63,657 nt of DNA, filler included, from Collodictyon triciliatum (GCA_043381765.1; 6 parts of 6 records of this genome joined end to end with filler, not necessarily neighbours in it); one strand, 5' to 3'. Counted from the whole stretch's first letter, positions 27,900 to 49,962 are shown. Translations and numbers: made by a program. Notes: generated from the sequence alone by a model not told the origin.

Positions 27900-28679
27900 A
27901 TCCTTTCTGGAAGACCTCAAGAAGCTGAACGAGGCATTCATGTTTGGCCTAAGAATTGGTGAGGAAGCAAAAGTAGCAGTGACAGAAGAGGCCAAGACGG
28001 AAACAGAACCACTTCACCCGATCACTGCGTCACCTACAAGCACCAAAGCTCCCAGTACCACGATTGACTCATCGACCGGTAATTCTCGAATGGGATGTCC
28101 TTGGGAGGTTCTTGCGCATCCACAGAATGGGAACATTTATGTGACGACGATTGGCAAAAAGTCCCCATCATTACAAAAGACCTCTGCCATACTTCATCCC
28201 AACACACCGAACTCATCATCACAAATACGCTCAACAGACCAAGAAGAATCTCTATCTCCAACTGCGGTCTCATAGCGGTTGCAGATTGCGAAGGCCACTT
28301 TGCGAAGCGTGTTCACCGACCAGTTCACGCCTGTCAAGACCATTGGCGGAAAGAAGAGAAAGGATGACGGCCAGTACAATCGCCCATCCTCGGTTGCTTT
28401 CGACATTATAGGAAAACTTTATGTGTCCGACTCTGGAATCCTTAGAGTCCATAAGTTCAACAAAAAGGGTCTGTTTGTCTCTGTACTTGAATATTAGAGC
28501 GAAGCGGCGGCTCCATCAGCTGTCTCGTCAACGGCGTCGACATTAATGAAGAGGACAAACCCCTAGTTCTTTGTGCCGGCTCTGACAGAGTCCGCATCTT
28601 TTCAAAGGACGGAGTCTTCGAAGATAAAGCCAAGTCGGATGTCCGAACAGGCGTCAAGGCCTGGTCGCATATTTTCTGA
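27900..28679 (+). pseudogene. Intronless, frameshifted NHL-repeat (beta-propeller) ORF
   Basis: PWEVLAHPQNGNIYVT, LNRPRRISISNCGLIAVAD, DGQYNRPSSVAFDIIGKLYVSDSGILRVHKF and SDRVRIFSKDG are NHL-type repeats spread over different reading frames. Confidence 0.75.
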
Positions 28680-28988
28680 GTCTCTCCCGGTTTATTTGGT
28701 GTTTATGAGAATAAGGCCATGAAAATACCTTTCTACAACAACCAGGGCGCAATTCAGCGCGGCATCCTCTTGTAAGGCTATCTGGGTGCCTGCTTTGGGC
28801 TTGACGGCACATTCTACGCCACAAGTCTTTCGCAAAAGTCGGTTTCGACCCTCTCTTTTGACAATCCAATAAATTTCTCCTTACTAACACCCACGAAGCA
28901 TAAGAAGGAAAAAACTCCTTATAATTGCTCCATGTAGTTATTATTCCCGATAGGACAGTATTCAGAATAATAAAAGGGAATAAGGAGT

Positions 28989-29010
28989 TTTGAATCGAAA
29001 AAAGGGGAAA
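28989..29010 (+). mobile_element. Ultra-short insertion, copy 3 (degenerate)
   Basis: TTTGAATCGAAAAAAGGGGAAA, with partial direct repeats GGGAATAA at 28976-28983 and 29012-29019. Confidence 0.55.
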
Positions 29011-29652
29011 TGGGAATAACAAACTAGTCACAAGAGAACTAAAGAAGCTCTAAACGAAAGCTGAATGCATTTTCTTGTTGCATATTGATAATCGAATATA
29101 TCGCGTATACATGCTCATGAGCTCTTCATTAGCACATATATAACCAAGACACCGCCATTCCTCGTAACCTCTCTGTGTTAATCGATTTAGGGTGAGAAAA
29201 TTGCTGGCGGGCTGTCTTTCCTTGTTTGTTACCCATAAAATAACAAAGCGAGTATATTTGAGTGGTTAGCGTGATTTTCTTTCATGGACAAGGTGTTGCA
29301 CTCCAATCATGGGCAAACATAGATGTGATACGTCGGTATTGTGACTTTTCCTCTTTATTTTAATGTTGTTATTGACACAATCCGATGATATGCTACTCAG
29401 ATAGATATGCACCAGGACATCGTGTGCAGATAATCAAATTGTTAATGGAGCAAAAACCTCATGGGTGAACAAAATGAGCGGGTCGAGAGCAGGAGCAGGT
29501 TGAGCTTATCAGCTGGATAGCAACACTTCATAAAGTGACGATTTGGTTGTGTTGGAAGCAGTCGAAACAGCTCGTAACTTAGATGGAAGAATGGGAGAAT
29601 CCTTGTTTTATACTCTGTCTTTCCGAGGACTACATTAAGTACAATAATGACA

Positions 29653-29675
29653 CTTTGAATCGAATAAAGGGAAAA
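29653..29675 (+). mobile_element. Ultra-short insertion, copy 4
   Basis: CTTTGAATCGAATAAAGGGAAAA between AAGTACAATAATGACA (29637-29652) and AAGTTCAATAGTGACA (29676-29691). Confidence 0.88.
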
Positions 29676-30056
29676 AAGTTCAATAGTGACACTCATCCAC
29701 AGAATAGGGGCTTTGAAGTGGGAGGTAATTTTATCGTGAGTTCAGCAATGTTGTTGGGTGCTACATCAGTATCTGTGCAGAAGGACAAGGTGGTGGTTTT
29801 TCGAATGGAAAGGCTCGTGTCAAGAGCGAAAGTCGATGAGAAGAGGCGAGTTTCACTACTGGTATTTTATGCTATTAATCATCGTGTTTAAAAGACGAAA
29901 ATAATCCGCCAGAGAGCGAAGTAGTTATATATACTTTTTCAGCTTTAAGCGAGGACGGATTTCAATCGTAGCGGTATAAGGCTCGGCTTTGCCATTATTT
30001 GCATGATTATGAGACAAAGCATTCATGATTAGCATCCCTACAGCCCTTTAATAACA

Positions 30057-30237
30057 GACCATGCGTTTCGGGGTTCTGTCATGGAACGCTAGGGGGAATA
30101 ACGACCCCCACAGGCGGAAAGAGGTTTATCAAGACAGCTCTTTTCACCCGCGCGGATATCATCTGTCTTCAAGAGACGTGGCAGAGCCCTGAGACCCAAT
30201 CTACTGATTTCGGGTGGAAGGGCCCTCAGCTATGGTC
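30057..30237. ncRNA. Candidate structured RNA of unknown family
   Basis: Several nested complementary segments closed by GACCAT/ATGGTC (detailed in findings). No family recognised. Confidence 0.3.
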
Positions 30238-30358
30238 ACCATCATTATCACCATCACANNNNNNNNNNNNNNNNNNNNNNNNNNNNNNNNNNNNNNNNNN
30301 NNTTAATTAATTAANNNNNNNNNNNNNNNNNNNNNNNNNNNNNNNNNNNNNNNNNNNN

Positions 30359-30472
30359 ATAAAGAGATAAAGAGATAAAGAGATAAAGAGATAAAGAGAT
30401 AAAGAGATAAAGAGATAAAGAGATAAAGAGATAAAGAGATAAAGAGATAAAGAGATAAAGAGATAAAGAGAT
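30359..30472. repeat. (ATAAAGAG)n octamer repeat at a contig edge
   Basis: Direct reading. Confidence 0.9.
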
Positions 30473-31120
30473 ATTGAATATAAACAAGCTCACCTTCACG
30501 AGTGGCTTCGACAAATGGCCACGTATTAACCACGACCGGGAAGGCATCTAGTACCACCAAAAGCTGATGAATGGACCTCTTCAAGGGGTTTTATAAAAAG
30601 GAGGCGTCATTGAAGAAGGATATACTACTGTTCGGTTGGATTATCGGGTCGCCTGCGGTCGCTGTCGAGGCGCTTGCAAGAAGCCAGAGTGAAACGAGAA
30701 GCGACAGAGTCTGCATCGAGCTTCATTGAAAGGTAAGACTATGAGGTTATGGATCGCGGTACATGATTTGAGAATAGGGCGATTCAAGGGCAAGACGTAG
30801 AAAAGAGGAGAGAAGAAAGAAAAAGAGAAGAAAGAAAAAGAAGAAAAAGAAGAAAAAGAAGAAAGAAAAGAAAAGAGAAGAGAGAAGAAAAAGAAGAAAG
30901 AAAAGAAAAAAGAGAGAAGAAAAAAGAAAAAGAAAAGGACTCCACAGAGATCGGTCAGCTTTGCCTTCAATTTTTATGGTTTTATTCTGTTTCATGGAGC
31001 GTTCTTGTGGGAAAAAAGCGGAGGTCTGCTTCAAAAAAACCCAGAGAATCTCTCCATCTAAATTGGTCATCGTTAAAGAACAACATATATTAATATACAT
31101 TTATTGGCATTCTTACTTTG

Positions 31121-39879
<8,759 letters not shown>

Positions 39880-40747
39880 GTTTTGAATATTCCTATTCCT
39901 TTTAGGGTATTAGTTAAAAAAAATATCCATCGGTCATATTTTGTGCCCAACTATCAAGAGATAATGATTCAAATCTGGCTATTCATATTTTTCACAGATG
40001 AATATTATTTGATTCATGTTTTGAATATATTTTGGGAGTTTTAAAAGGACTAATATGTAATTGGTGTACCACTGCTTTATCAAAGCTATTTATATAATCA
40101 ACCTTGAAAGATATATCTCATTTTGATTACACTCTTTCGAATCAAAGAAACCGTTGATATAAGGATAAATTTCATTCATTATGGGTGACGAGTTTCATGC
40201 ACCTTTATTAATTAAATTATTTTTTTATTCGTTACTCTTTTAGTTTGTGCAAGATGAGTTGCTTCTTTGACATATATTTCCATGTATCATACATCTACAT
40301 ATCATTCCATAACCCTGAATAATTCAAATGCGAATAATAAATGTGATGTCTACGAATCTCGACGAGCTAAATTGTTAATTTTCCTGATCGATGCTTACAT
40401 TATTCTTTTGAATGAATTCAAAACTGTGCAAATGTTTCAAAAATATTTAACAGTTAGAATTACCATCACAGAATGGAGAATTTGATAACAAAACAAAATT
40501 ATGATATCAATGTTCAGAAATACCTCCGTCTGTTATAACCTGGGATTTATAACGTCAATTTTTGATGTAGAGAAGGATATCAATATGCAAAACCATTATC
40601 GCACACGTTTTCCATGTCTTATCTGTTCACCATTAATTCAAAGTTTCAATGATTTTTACGTGTGTCTTACAATTGAAAGTATATAATGATTAAAAATAGT
40701 TTTGGTGGAATCTTTTTGCTATTTCTGTAGAATTGTAATACCAGTCA

Positions 40748-42679
40748 TCAAATGAAAAAGTTAGTACATTTTGAATGAAGATGAAATCCTGGCCTCGCAT
40801 AATTGTACATTGGATTACTTGTCCAGATTGTTTTGGGGTGAAATACGTTTCCAACATTTCCTTTGTTATCCTTTGGAGGGCTTTTGTGAGAGGAGCTTCT
40901 TAATTGAGTGGCAGTGCTGTATAATTGAAATGATTGGCTCTCCCTCCATTGTTTCGGGCGGTTATGTTTGGGAGTCTTAACTTTATCTTTCCCTGCCTGA
41001 CTGCTCAGTTTGAGAGGATTTGTGGTGTTGTTAACTATGGTGATCGCCTTGTTTGTCCTTCTCGCTACCTCGGGTGGAATCTGAAGGGGAGCTGGAAACC
41101 TGACATGCATGTTGATTTTCGTCTTTGGTGGTTTGGTTAGTTCTGATGCCTGAAAGTTGAAAAATGCATCATTCATCAAGATCAATTTTAAGCATCCAAG
41201 GAAACAATCAACGAAAAGAATATTGATTTGCACATATGTTCTATATTATCCTTGCTCAAGTCAAGGGGAATAATGCAAATAACAGCAGGGTGAAGAGGCT
41301 ATCTTTCTTAGTACGAGCAAACAGAATCGAAGAGTATTCTAAAGTATCTCGTTCTGCTAAGCTTAAAGCATTTTTCTTTTCTTTCTTTTTTTTTTGGAGA
41401 AAAGCTTACTGTACAGTCTTGTGTTTAATAGAACGGATGTATGTAACAATATTCTCTTTGTGACACTCCAGATATTTTTAGGACTCGAGATAATTCTTTC
41501 CTAGCTTATTTACCGGCGTGTTGTCCTGGGCAGCTAGCACCGCTCTTGAAGCGAATGTAACGACTAGGTTCGCACAAATTCTGTCCCTAGGCGCTATTTG
41601 AATTATGAATCGCAGTGTGGTTAAGAAGATTTAAAGTTCCTGGAGGTTCAAGTATCCAGGGAAGTACTATGTTTGCCTTAGGCAGGTGGTCTCGGTCTCC
41701 ATATTGTAGGGTCAGTCTCCTTGGCACTATCCCATCCAAGAAAAATAAAAATATAATTGTAAAAAAGAAAGAAAGAAAAAAAGAGAAGATATAAAGAAAA
41801 AATCAGTTTCATGGGTTTCAGTAAATGTCTTATTCATGCATTTACATTCCATATTGATGAAACATTCCATACTCCTAAATATAGACCAGCAGAATGAAAC
41901 CTGAAGCAAGGTACCGATTTATATAGATGAGGATGAGCTGTTGCCCAGTGTGCGTTCCCAGCCGAGTCGGATGGGTGGTGGCATCACAAGCGGCGAACTA
42001 TGGGGAGGGGGTTTCGGGCAGATAGTTTCCCTGGAGTAAAAAGGATATTACAATATAGATAAGCATAGAATGACATATCCTTTTCATGGTGAACGTGACC
42101 ACCAGCACGGTTGGACTCTTGACAATTTCATAATAAATAAACACAGCTGGCGAATTAAAATGAATAAATAGAAAATTTCTCACCTTTCACATATTTTTTT
42201 TTAAAAAAAAATACAATTTAATAAAATGTTCGGAGGTTCGCAGGCATGAACATTGCTGTGATGTATTCTTCGTAGATTGGTTATGAAAAGCAAAATGAAA
42301 ATTCGCCGAAGAAACATAATTGCATGTATATTGGCCTCGTCGATGGATTGATTTCTTTTTATAAAACACAAATGAAAATAGCAATACACATAGAATATGA
42401 TTTCGTGATTACATACCAGCTCTGTAGTGTTCAACTTTAACATATAGCATAAATTTAAATGATGATTTTTTGGAAGATTATAGACAACAATAAGAGACTC
42501 ACTATTTCTCACAAAAACACATACCCACATACCACGAATTGTTCCTTAAACCGCCTCTTCATATCATCAGAAAAACTAGTAGCTGTACGTCCAACCACCC
42601 CTTCCCCTTCCTTGGTAGTAGCAGCAGGTCGAACAGTTGTCTTTCCCTTGGGGTTTTTGGCTCGTGTCCTTAAGAGCAT
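40748..42679 (-). CDS. Hypothetical low-complexity (P/K/T-rich) multi-exon protein
   Basis: GC-richer open segments with plausible splice sites (MLLRTRAKNPKG...FKEQFV|gt; ASELTKPPKTKINMHVRFPAPLQIPP...). No domain recognised. Confidence 0.35.
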
Positions 42680-42899
42680 TCAGAGCGGAAGATAAAATAG
42701 CGAGAACCAGGTCCACACAAACATGATTTTTTTATTTTTATGATCATTATAGATGAAAGTTATTTAAAATATAACTATTTAAAAACTCTTGATGCTTTCT
42801 CCTTTATTTTTTAAGACTGTTAATAAATGTATACCCTCAAAAAAATCCTAATAAAAAATATATCTCCTCAAGTTACAAACCCCTGTGCCTGATTTCACA

Positions 42900-43532
42900 G
42901 CAAGCTACCTGCCCCTTATGCAAAATTGTTGCCGCAAAGGTTGGGTGGATCCAAAAAAAAAGCCAGTAAGGAGCTAGTTCGGAGGAGTACAGCATCTCTG
43001 GGAACTCGTTATTGCAGACAGAAGGGCTTTTTCTATCGGCATTAGAGGTTGATTATTGATATACGTAACGATTTTTAAAAAAGCATCAATAATCACCTTC
43101 TCATAACTATGTGAATATTCTTTCTTTATGTAGAACATTAAATTGTAAAGCTATGTCTTTATAGTATTAAGGATCATTTCAAGTGATTTATGCAATTTCT
43201 ACCTGCCATTTCCTTTTACTGAATCATACATCCGTATCTGGCATAATCAAATGCAATAAATTTGAAAAAAAATACATGACAAAAAAAAAAAAACTATTAG
43301 CACATAGCTCGACGGAAGGAAGCATTCCAATTGCACTTTCTTTTTCCATTCCTGCTAAATATCTTCGATTGTGGGTAGTGGCTAAGCCCTCGTTCCAAGG
43401 TGTTTCCACCGGGCTGATTGAGATTATAAATGAGTAAGCGAACTTAGGGCATATAACAAACATAACATTTCTTCGACATGGACGCGTTTATTTTGTCGTA
43501 TGTATAAACAGACTTTCCTTTTCTTTTTTTAA

Positions 43533-43574
<42 letters not shown>

Positions 43575-45090
43575 AACACAAAAAAAAAAAAAAAAAGTAT
43601 TATAACACAAAAAAAAATATTTTATAAAATAAAAAANNNNNNNNNNTTTTAAAAAAAAAAAAAAAAAAAAAACATACAAGCACTTGCACCCCAACAGCGA
43701 TTGCAAAGTCATGAACACCCTGAAAAATGTTTCGATTTAGTGGTGAATGAGCTTTGTGCTCTAACAATTTGATACAGTCTGCGTACAATAGAAAGGTGGA
43801 TAAAGATTGCAAGCTAAAATTAAAATAATATGCATGATGAGGTGATGTACCGCATACACGGATTTTTTTTTATTTCAATGGTGCATACGAATCTGGGCCA
43901 ATTCCGTTCTCTGGAGTCACATTTCACGTTTTGACCCAATATCAGTTAAAAATATCTGAAAATGTTAAAATAATAATAATGGATTTATGATAAAGATTCG
44001 TTTATACTTTTTTTGCGATGCACAATAGTCCTCGCTATGGAATTTTTTTTCTTTTTTCTTTTTTTTTTACGAATTTTTGAGCAATCAAATTGTAAAATAT
44101 TTTGAAGCAAACCACCAAACCCCGTCGGTATGGATGTCGATGGAGTGGTGATTTCCCTCCGTGTGTCCAGGAGTGCAGATGAGAAAGAAGCCCTCTCCCA
44201 ACATGATGTCTTTATCAAAGAGGATGATTTGGTCATGAAAAAAGATCAGGTCTTCTCGTGGACGCTTTGAATATGTTGTGGAACTGCAACTGAGTAAAAA
44301 TAAAAATAAAAGAAAAACTAAAAGAAAAACAGAAAAGAAAGGACAAGGATGCAATTTTCTCTATGCCCTACCTTCAGAAACCCCTTTGATTCCTCCAGGG
44401 CAGTACCAATATCCCAGTAACGGAGTCAGAGCTTTAGTGCTTTCCCATTCCTGCTTGGTCACAAGAAAATTCCCCCTGGGGGAGTAGTCAGGCTTGACTT
44501 TCAACCCCAGCCATTTTCGTAAATCCTATCAATCAGTTTTCATAAAGATAGGCTTACTGTAGGATGAAAACAAGCTTTCTCACAAATATCTGCTCGATGT
44601 AGTGTAAAGTATCACGATAGAAAGGACTCTGGTACGGGAAAACGAGTTGAAACGGTGGATACCTAAGTGTGCAAATGATTGTCTGTAATCTAGTCTATCT
44701 CACCCGGAGAGATACCCATTTTTTCTAGATACCTATCTACCGTTCCTTAGGTTAAGAGAGTCCATTAATGGTGAAGAATTCTTCATATTTTCTTATGGCT
44801 TCAACCAACGGAAAGACCAAAGCTTAGTTCCTAGATGCAAAGTGTGCGCTTTGACAAAGAGGCTGAGAGATAATCAGGCAACGAGGCATAAGAAAGCGCA
44901 TTGAATTGAGCTAGTTTAATAAATCGTACCATACATCGGAGCCAGAATGGATGGAATAAAATCCCTCACAACTGGAATGGACTCAGATATTTGACCCAGG
45001 CGTTTGAAGTACAGAGCATTGCGGTTTCTCCCATCAACATCGCTTGGGGACACAGTCGTAGTTTTAAGCGTCTCTAAAGTTTTGAACTGC
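42900..45090 (-). pseudogene. Metallo-beta-lactamase-fold pseudogene of a bacterial-type family, with introns
   Basis: GISPGEID*ITDNHLHT*|DLRKWLG has two in-frame TAG stops in the metal-binding motif region. Downstream: LGEGFFLICTPGHTEGNH, VTPENGIGPDSYAP, GNTLE, EFPEMLYSSELAPYWLF. Frameshifts are also present. Confidence 0.72.
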
Positions 45091-45526
45091 AACAAAGATA
45101 TATAAAAACGATGGCAACAAAAAAAACCGAGGTTCGCCAGATACTGCTGGTTTAAATACATATTTGCATCGAACGATGCTTACAATGGTAAAAAGCAATT
45201 TTTTCAAAGGGTGACGTTAAGATAATACTGTACTGATTTAATGATAAAATGATACTGTTGATGGTATTGAGAAGAGTTAGAATTAAAAAGATCATTAAAA
45301 TTACAATGTGAACAGAGGCATGGTTATCCGGACGAGGAACATTCTGTTCTTAATGCGAAGGAAGGGCGAAAATCCATAGTATGCATCACAAAGGCCGTAT
45401 TTTGTGGGGTGCGATGCGCGAGTAAGNNNNNNNNNNNNNNNNNNNNNNNNNNNNNNNNNNNNNNNNNNNNTTAATTAATTAANNNNNNNNNNNNNNNNNN
45501 NNNNNNNNNNNNNNNNNNNNNNNNNN

Positions 45527-45735
45527 TGTTTTTATTATTGTTTTTATTATTGTTTTTATTATTGTTTTTATTATTGTTTTTATTATTGTTTTTATTATTG
45601 TTTTTATTATTGTTTTTATTATTGTTTTTATTATTGTTTTTATTATTGTTTTTATTATTGTTTTTATTATTGTTTTTATTATTGTTTTTACTATTGTTTT
45701 TACTATTGTTTTTACTATTGTTTTTACTATTGTTT
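45527..45735. repeat. (TTATTGTTTTTA)n 12-mer repeat at a contig edge
   Basis: Direct reading. Confidence 0.9.
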
Positions 45736-45771
45736 GTTTTTTGAGGTTTCTCTTAACTTTGTTTTTGTTTT

Positions 45772-45796
45772 CTTTGAATCGAATAAAGGGAAAAAA
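45772..45796 (+). mobile_element. Ultra-short insertion, copy 5
   Basis: CTTTGAATCGAATAAAGGGAAAAAA between perfect 17-bp repeats AACTTTGTTTTTGTTTT (45755-45771, 45797-45813). Confidence 0.92.
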
Positions 45797-46070
45797 AACT
45801 TTGTTTTTGTTTTATGTTTGTCTTATGTTTTGTCTCTTCCTGTATTTTTCGTATCTTTTATGATCTGCTTTGTTCGACGTATTTTATTTTATTTTATGAG
45901 TTTATATTAAGGTCTAGAAGAACTAAGTGCAATTACTATGCAATAGCTCAAGTGATCCTCTGTTAGACCACTCTATCCTAGGGAGCGGAAAGGACAGCAG
46001 AACACAGTGAGTTACCTTTTTGCTTTATTGTGGTTAGTTTTTTTTTTTTTTTTTTATTTTTACTCTTTTT

Positions 46071-46103
<33 letters not shown>

Positions 46104-46365
46104 TTTTGTGGTTATTTTTTTTTTTTTTTTTTTGATTTCTACTCTGATCTATTTTCTGAAGCCGAAAGAAAGAAAAAAATGGACATCTCCATTTGCGCAG
46201 CGCATAGCCTCGCTGCTGATTCGCAGCCTTTGTACATTCATTTCATATAATCGAAGGTCGTCCACCTGAGTTGTGATCTTGGCACGCAGAGACCAGATTC
46301 TTTATTCCTCTTTTTTTTTTTAAAAAAAAAAAAAACTACCATGATCCACACAGCAAATATCCTTC

Positions 46366-46558
46366 ATGAGTGAGATGGAAGAGGAAAAACGCTCTCGTGT
46401 AAGCAGCAAACGACCGTGGACCGCCGAAGAAGATAAACTGATGCTCCGACTCGTGCCTCAGAATGGCCCGAAGGAGTGGACTAGAATATCTAAAAACTTT
46501 CGAAACCGAAGTGGAAAGCAATGCCGCGAAAGGTACTCTTTCTCTACCAGTTACCTTC

Positions 46559-46590
<32 letters not shown>

Positions 46591-49500
46591 AAGCAGAACG
46601 AATTAGAAAGTGGTTTTTTTTTTATTTATTCTTCATTTCAGTTTCTATAAGAGAGTGGAAGTTTTGAATTAAAACACGTTAGAATATACTAATGTAATTT
46701 GTACTTACATTCAATTTAATGTCCAAAGGTGGTGCAATCAATTGGACCCAGGAATCAAGCGCGAGCCGTGGACCATTGAAGAAGAAACAATCTTAATCCG
46801 GATACACCAAGAACTTGGAAATAAGTGGTCCGAAATAGCTAAACAGTTTCCCGGAAGGTTTTTTTTTTTTAAAAAAAAAAAAAAGTTAATATTTCGCCGC
46901 GAACGCTCTTATAGTTATTTTAATGATCAACTCTGTTGAATAGGACGGATAACTCTGTTAAGAATCATTGGAATTCGATTACTCGCAGGAAGTCTGGTAT
47001 ATCAGCGATCAGTGTACAAGGTATCTGCTGCCTCGAGATAATAAGTATGACTGTCATGTTGATAAAAATTTGCTTGTTCTGTTTATTTTTGTTCAAATTT
47101 AACAAACGCATACTCTCTTTTGTTTATCTCGCTTGTCAAATATGATTGAATATGGGTGAACTCCACAAGAAGACGAGAACCAAGGAGTGTCCACTAAAAA
47201 GAGACCTGATAAGAAAGGTTCTGATCTCGAATCAGATAATGAAGATGATGAAGAAGACATGGATGTAACACAAGGTGTCCGACATACTTCGAAAGATGAA
47301 TCGGTATGGCAGTTTATCATGAAACTTTGATGAATTTACAAATGGTCATTGTTTTGTGTACCTATTATGACCTGACTTTGTATCCCAAAACTATCTAGAA
47401 ATCCCGCAAAGCAAAATCAACAGAAAATCCAAAGGTTATCGACCCGATTGAAGGTACCTTATTAACCTCGACGAAGACTTAAAATAACAATAATGCTATT
47501 AGATAAATCCTCTTTTTTTTTTCTCTTGTAATATTTTATTTTAAGTAATACTTTATTTAATAACTTAAGCTGGTCTTTGATAACTTTATGTATTTGGAAT
47601 AGATATCTTTGCACCCCCGCCACCAAGCCAGTGTGCTGATCCACTCGTCCTTCCTTCTTGGAACGTAATTGAATTCCTCGATATTTGTCATTCCGCTCTA
47701 TGGAGCGGGTCTTATGTTTACATGGTATCTCATATTATCCTAACCCGTTTACATAGTCACGTACCCATAAATCTCCCAACGGCCCACTGTTCAGTTCTAA
47801 CACATGCCCAGAGATTGATACATATGGGGTGTGTATTTATTCATAACCAGATCGTATATTCTGTAATTTTTTATGTATGTGTTTCTATCTCTTGATGTGT
47901 AAATTAGTTTCATATATTGCAAATTCGATTTGTCAGCGCTGAGTTCCGAAATGAAAACACAGTCACTGATATTACATTCTTCTATATAGTTAGAAGAATA
48001 TAATATCAGTCACTTTTTTTTTGTTTTCAAGTGTATTGATTTTTGTAAATTGGTATTAGGGCGAACATATGCTTATGCCACAAAGTTTCGACCATACGTG
48101 GGATACCATCAAACCGAGCTCTCCGTTTCCTGCTGTAAGCTTATCTGTCATTCAGATTAATTTAGCACTAATTGTTTCTCTTTCTTTTTTTTTNNNNNNN
48201 NNNNNNNNNNNNNNNNNNNNNNNNNNNNNNNNNNNNNNNNNNNNNNNNNNNNNNNNNNNNNNNNNNNNNNNNNNNNNNNNNNNNNNNNNNNNNNNNNNNN
48301 NNNNNNNNNNNNNNNNNNNNNNNNNNNNNNNNNNNNNNNNNNNNNNNNNNNNNNNNNNNNNNNNNNNNNNNNNNNNNNNNNNNNNNNNNNNNNNNNNNNN
48401 NNNNNNNNNNNNNNNNNNNNNNNNNNNNNNNNNNNNNNNNNNNNNNNNNNNNNNNNNNNNNNNNNNNNNNNNNNNNNNNNNNNNNNNNNNNNNNNNNNNN
48501 NNNNNNNNNNNNNNNNNNNNNNNNNNNNNNNNNNNNNNNNNNNNNNNNNNNNNNNNNNNNNNNNNNNNNNNNNNNNNNNNNNNNNNNNNNNNNNNNNNNN
48601 NNNNNNNNNNNNNNNNNNNNNNNNNNNNNNNNNNNNNNNNNNNNNNNNNNNNNNNNNNNNNNNNNNNNNNNNNNNNNNNNNNNNNNNNNNNNNNNNNNNN
48701 NNNNNNNNNNNNNNNNNNNNNNNNNNNNNNNNNNNNNNNNNNNNNNNNNNNNNNNNNNNNNNNNNNNNNNNNNNNNNNNNNNNNNNNNNNNNNNNNNNNN
48801 NNNNNNNNNNNNNNNNNNNNNNNNNNNNNNNNNNNNNNNNNNNNNNNNNNNNNNNNNNNNNNNNNNNNNNNNNNNNNNNNNNNNNNNNNNNNNNNNNNNN
48901 NNNNNNNNNNNNNNNNNNNNNNNNNNNNNNNNNNNNNNNNNNNNNNNNNNNNNNNNNNNNNNNNNNNNNNNNNNNNNNNNNNNNNNNNNNNNNNNNNNNN
49001 NNNNNNNNNNNNNNNNNNNNNNNNNNNNNNNNNNNNNNNNNNNNNNNNNNNNNNNNNNNNNNNNNNNNNNNNNAGCTATGCCTGCCCGCACTAGGTCATA
49101 TACTCTCCCGCCGAAGAGGAACGAGCCGATGTATACTTCTCCATTTCAATTCACCCGTGGCGATCCAAAACCTAACCGTGTCCCGATTTCCCCGTCTTTC
49201 TCCCCAACAGACGCCAGTAACATTCCCAACATCTCGGGTTCAAAAAGGTACAAACAGTCGCCAATCACCTACTCAGTTCCGTTTGTGCCACCCAATGCTC
49301 TGAATGCTTCACCTGATTCTGGAGACAGCAATGACGCCCAGAAGAACTATCCAAGTATGAGCTGCAGAGCCTGCGAGGCTTCAAAAGCAGCTCAATATTA
49401 CTCGTTCCGAATGAATCCACCCGTCCCTATATCAAAGCAGAGGAAATCCACGCATCATATACAATCGTCTTCGATGAATACCTTGGAGCAGAAATATACC

Positions 49501-49962
49501 GGGCAAATACCCCTGACGAGGGACTGTGCAACCAAGTATATGAATACAGGTCAACCAAAGCACTCCATATCACATCAATATCCAATCCCGAATTTGTTAT
49601 CCCCGGGTGCGGTTGGAGGAAAAGTTGCCCTGATGGTTTACTGGCCTCAAAATCAAGAATACTCTCTGGTCCAGGCCACTCCAGTTATCGTAAGAGGTGT
49701 CAACCCCACTCAGAATCCCCAACCTTTCACTCATCGGAGCGGTATCCATGGAGGGCCCCGCCACGCACCCCAAGAGATTAATTCCTCTATGGGAAAAGCA
49801 GAATCCAAGACGAGGTCATTTAACTATCAACAAAAAAGTGATGTGCCAGAGAGAAATGAAGTTTCGTATGTATCCAAACTTTTGGCTGCATCCAATCGGT
49901 TCGGAAAACTCTCGACGCCAGCCACTGGCGTCGCTGCGCTGCGGAGAACACTCTCCTCTTGA
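46366..49962 (+). CDS. R2R3-type Myb transcription factor (multi-exon; spans a gap)
   Basis: KRPWTAEEDKLM..WTRISK..RSGKQCRER|WCNQLDPGIKREPWTIEEE..HQELGNKWSEIAKQFPGR|TDNSVKNHWNS. The P/S-rich ORF 49074-49962 is assumed to be its last exon. Confidence 0.85.

Noticed and set aside
30116-30169. Hammerhead-like CAGATGA...GAAA on the minus strand
   Set aside because: The core has A in place of the conserved U, and stem I cannot form.
48069-49094. Long ORFs in the ORF track
   Set aside because: Artefacts of translating through the N gap.
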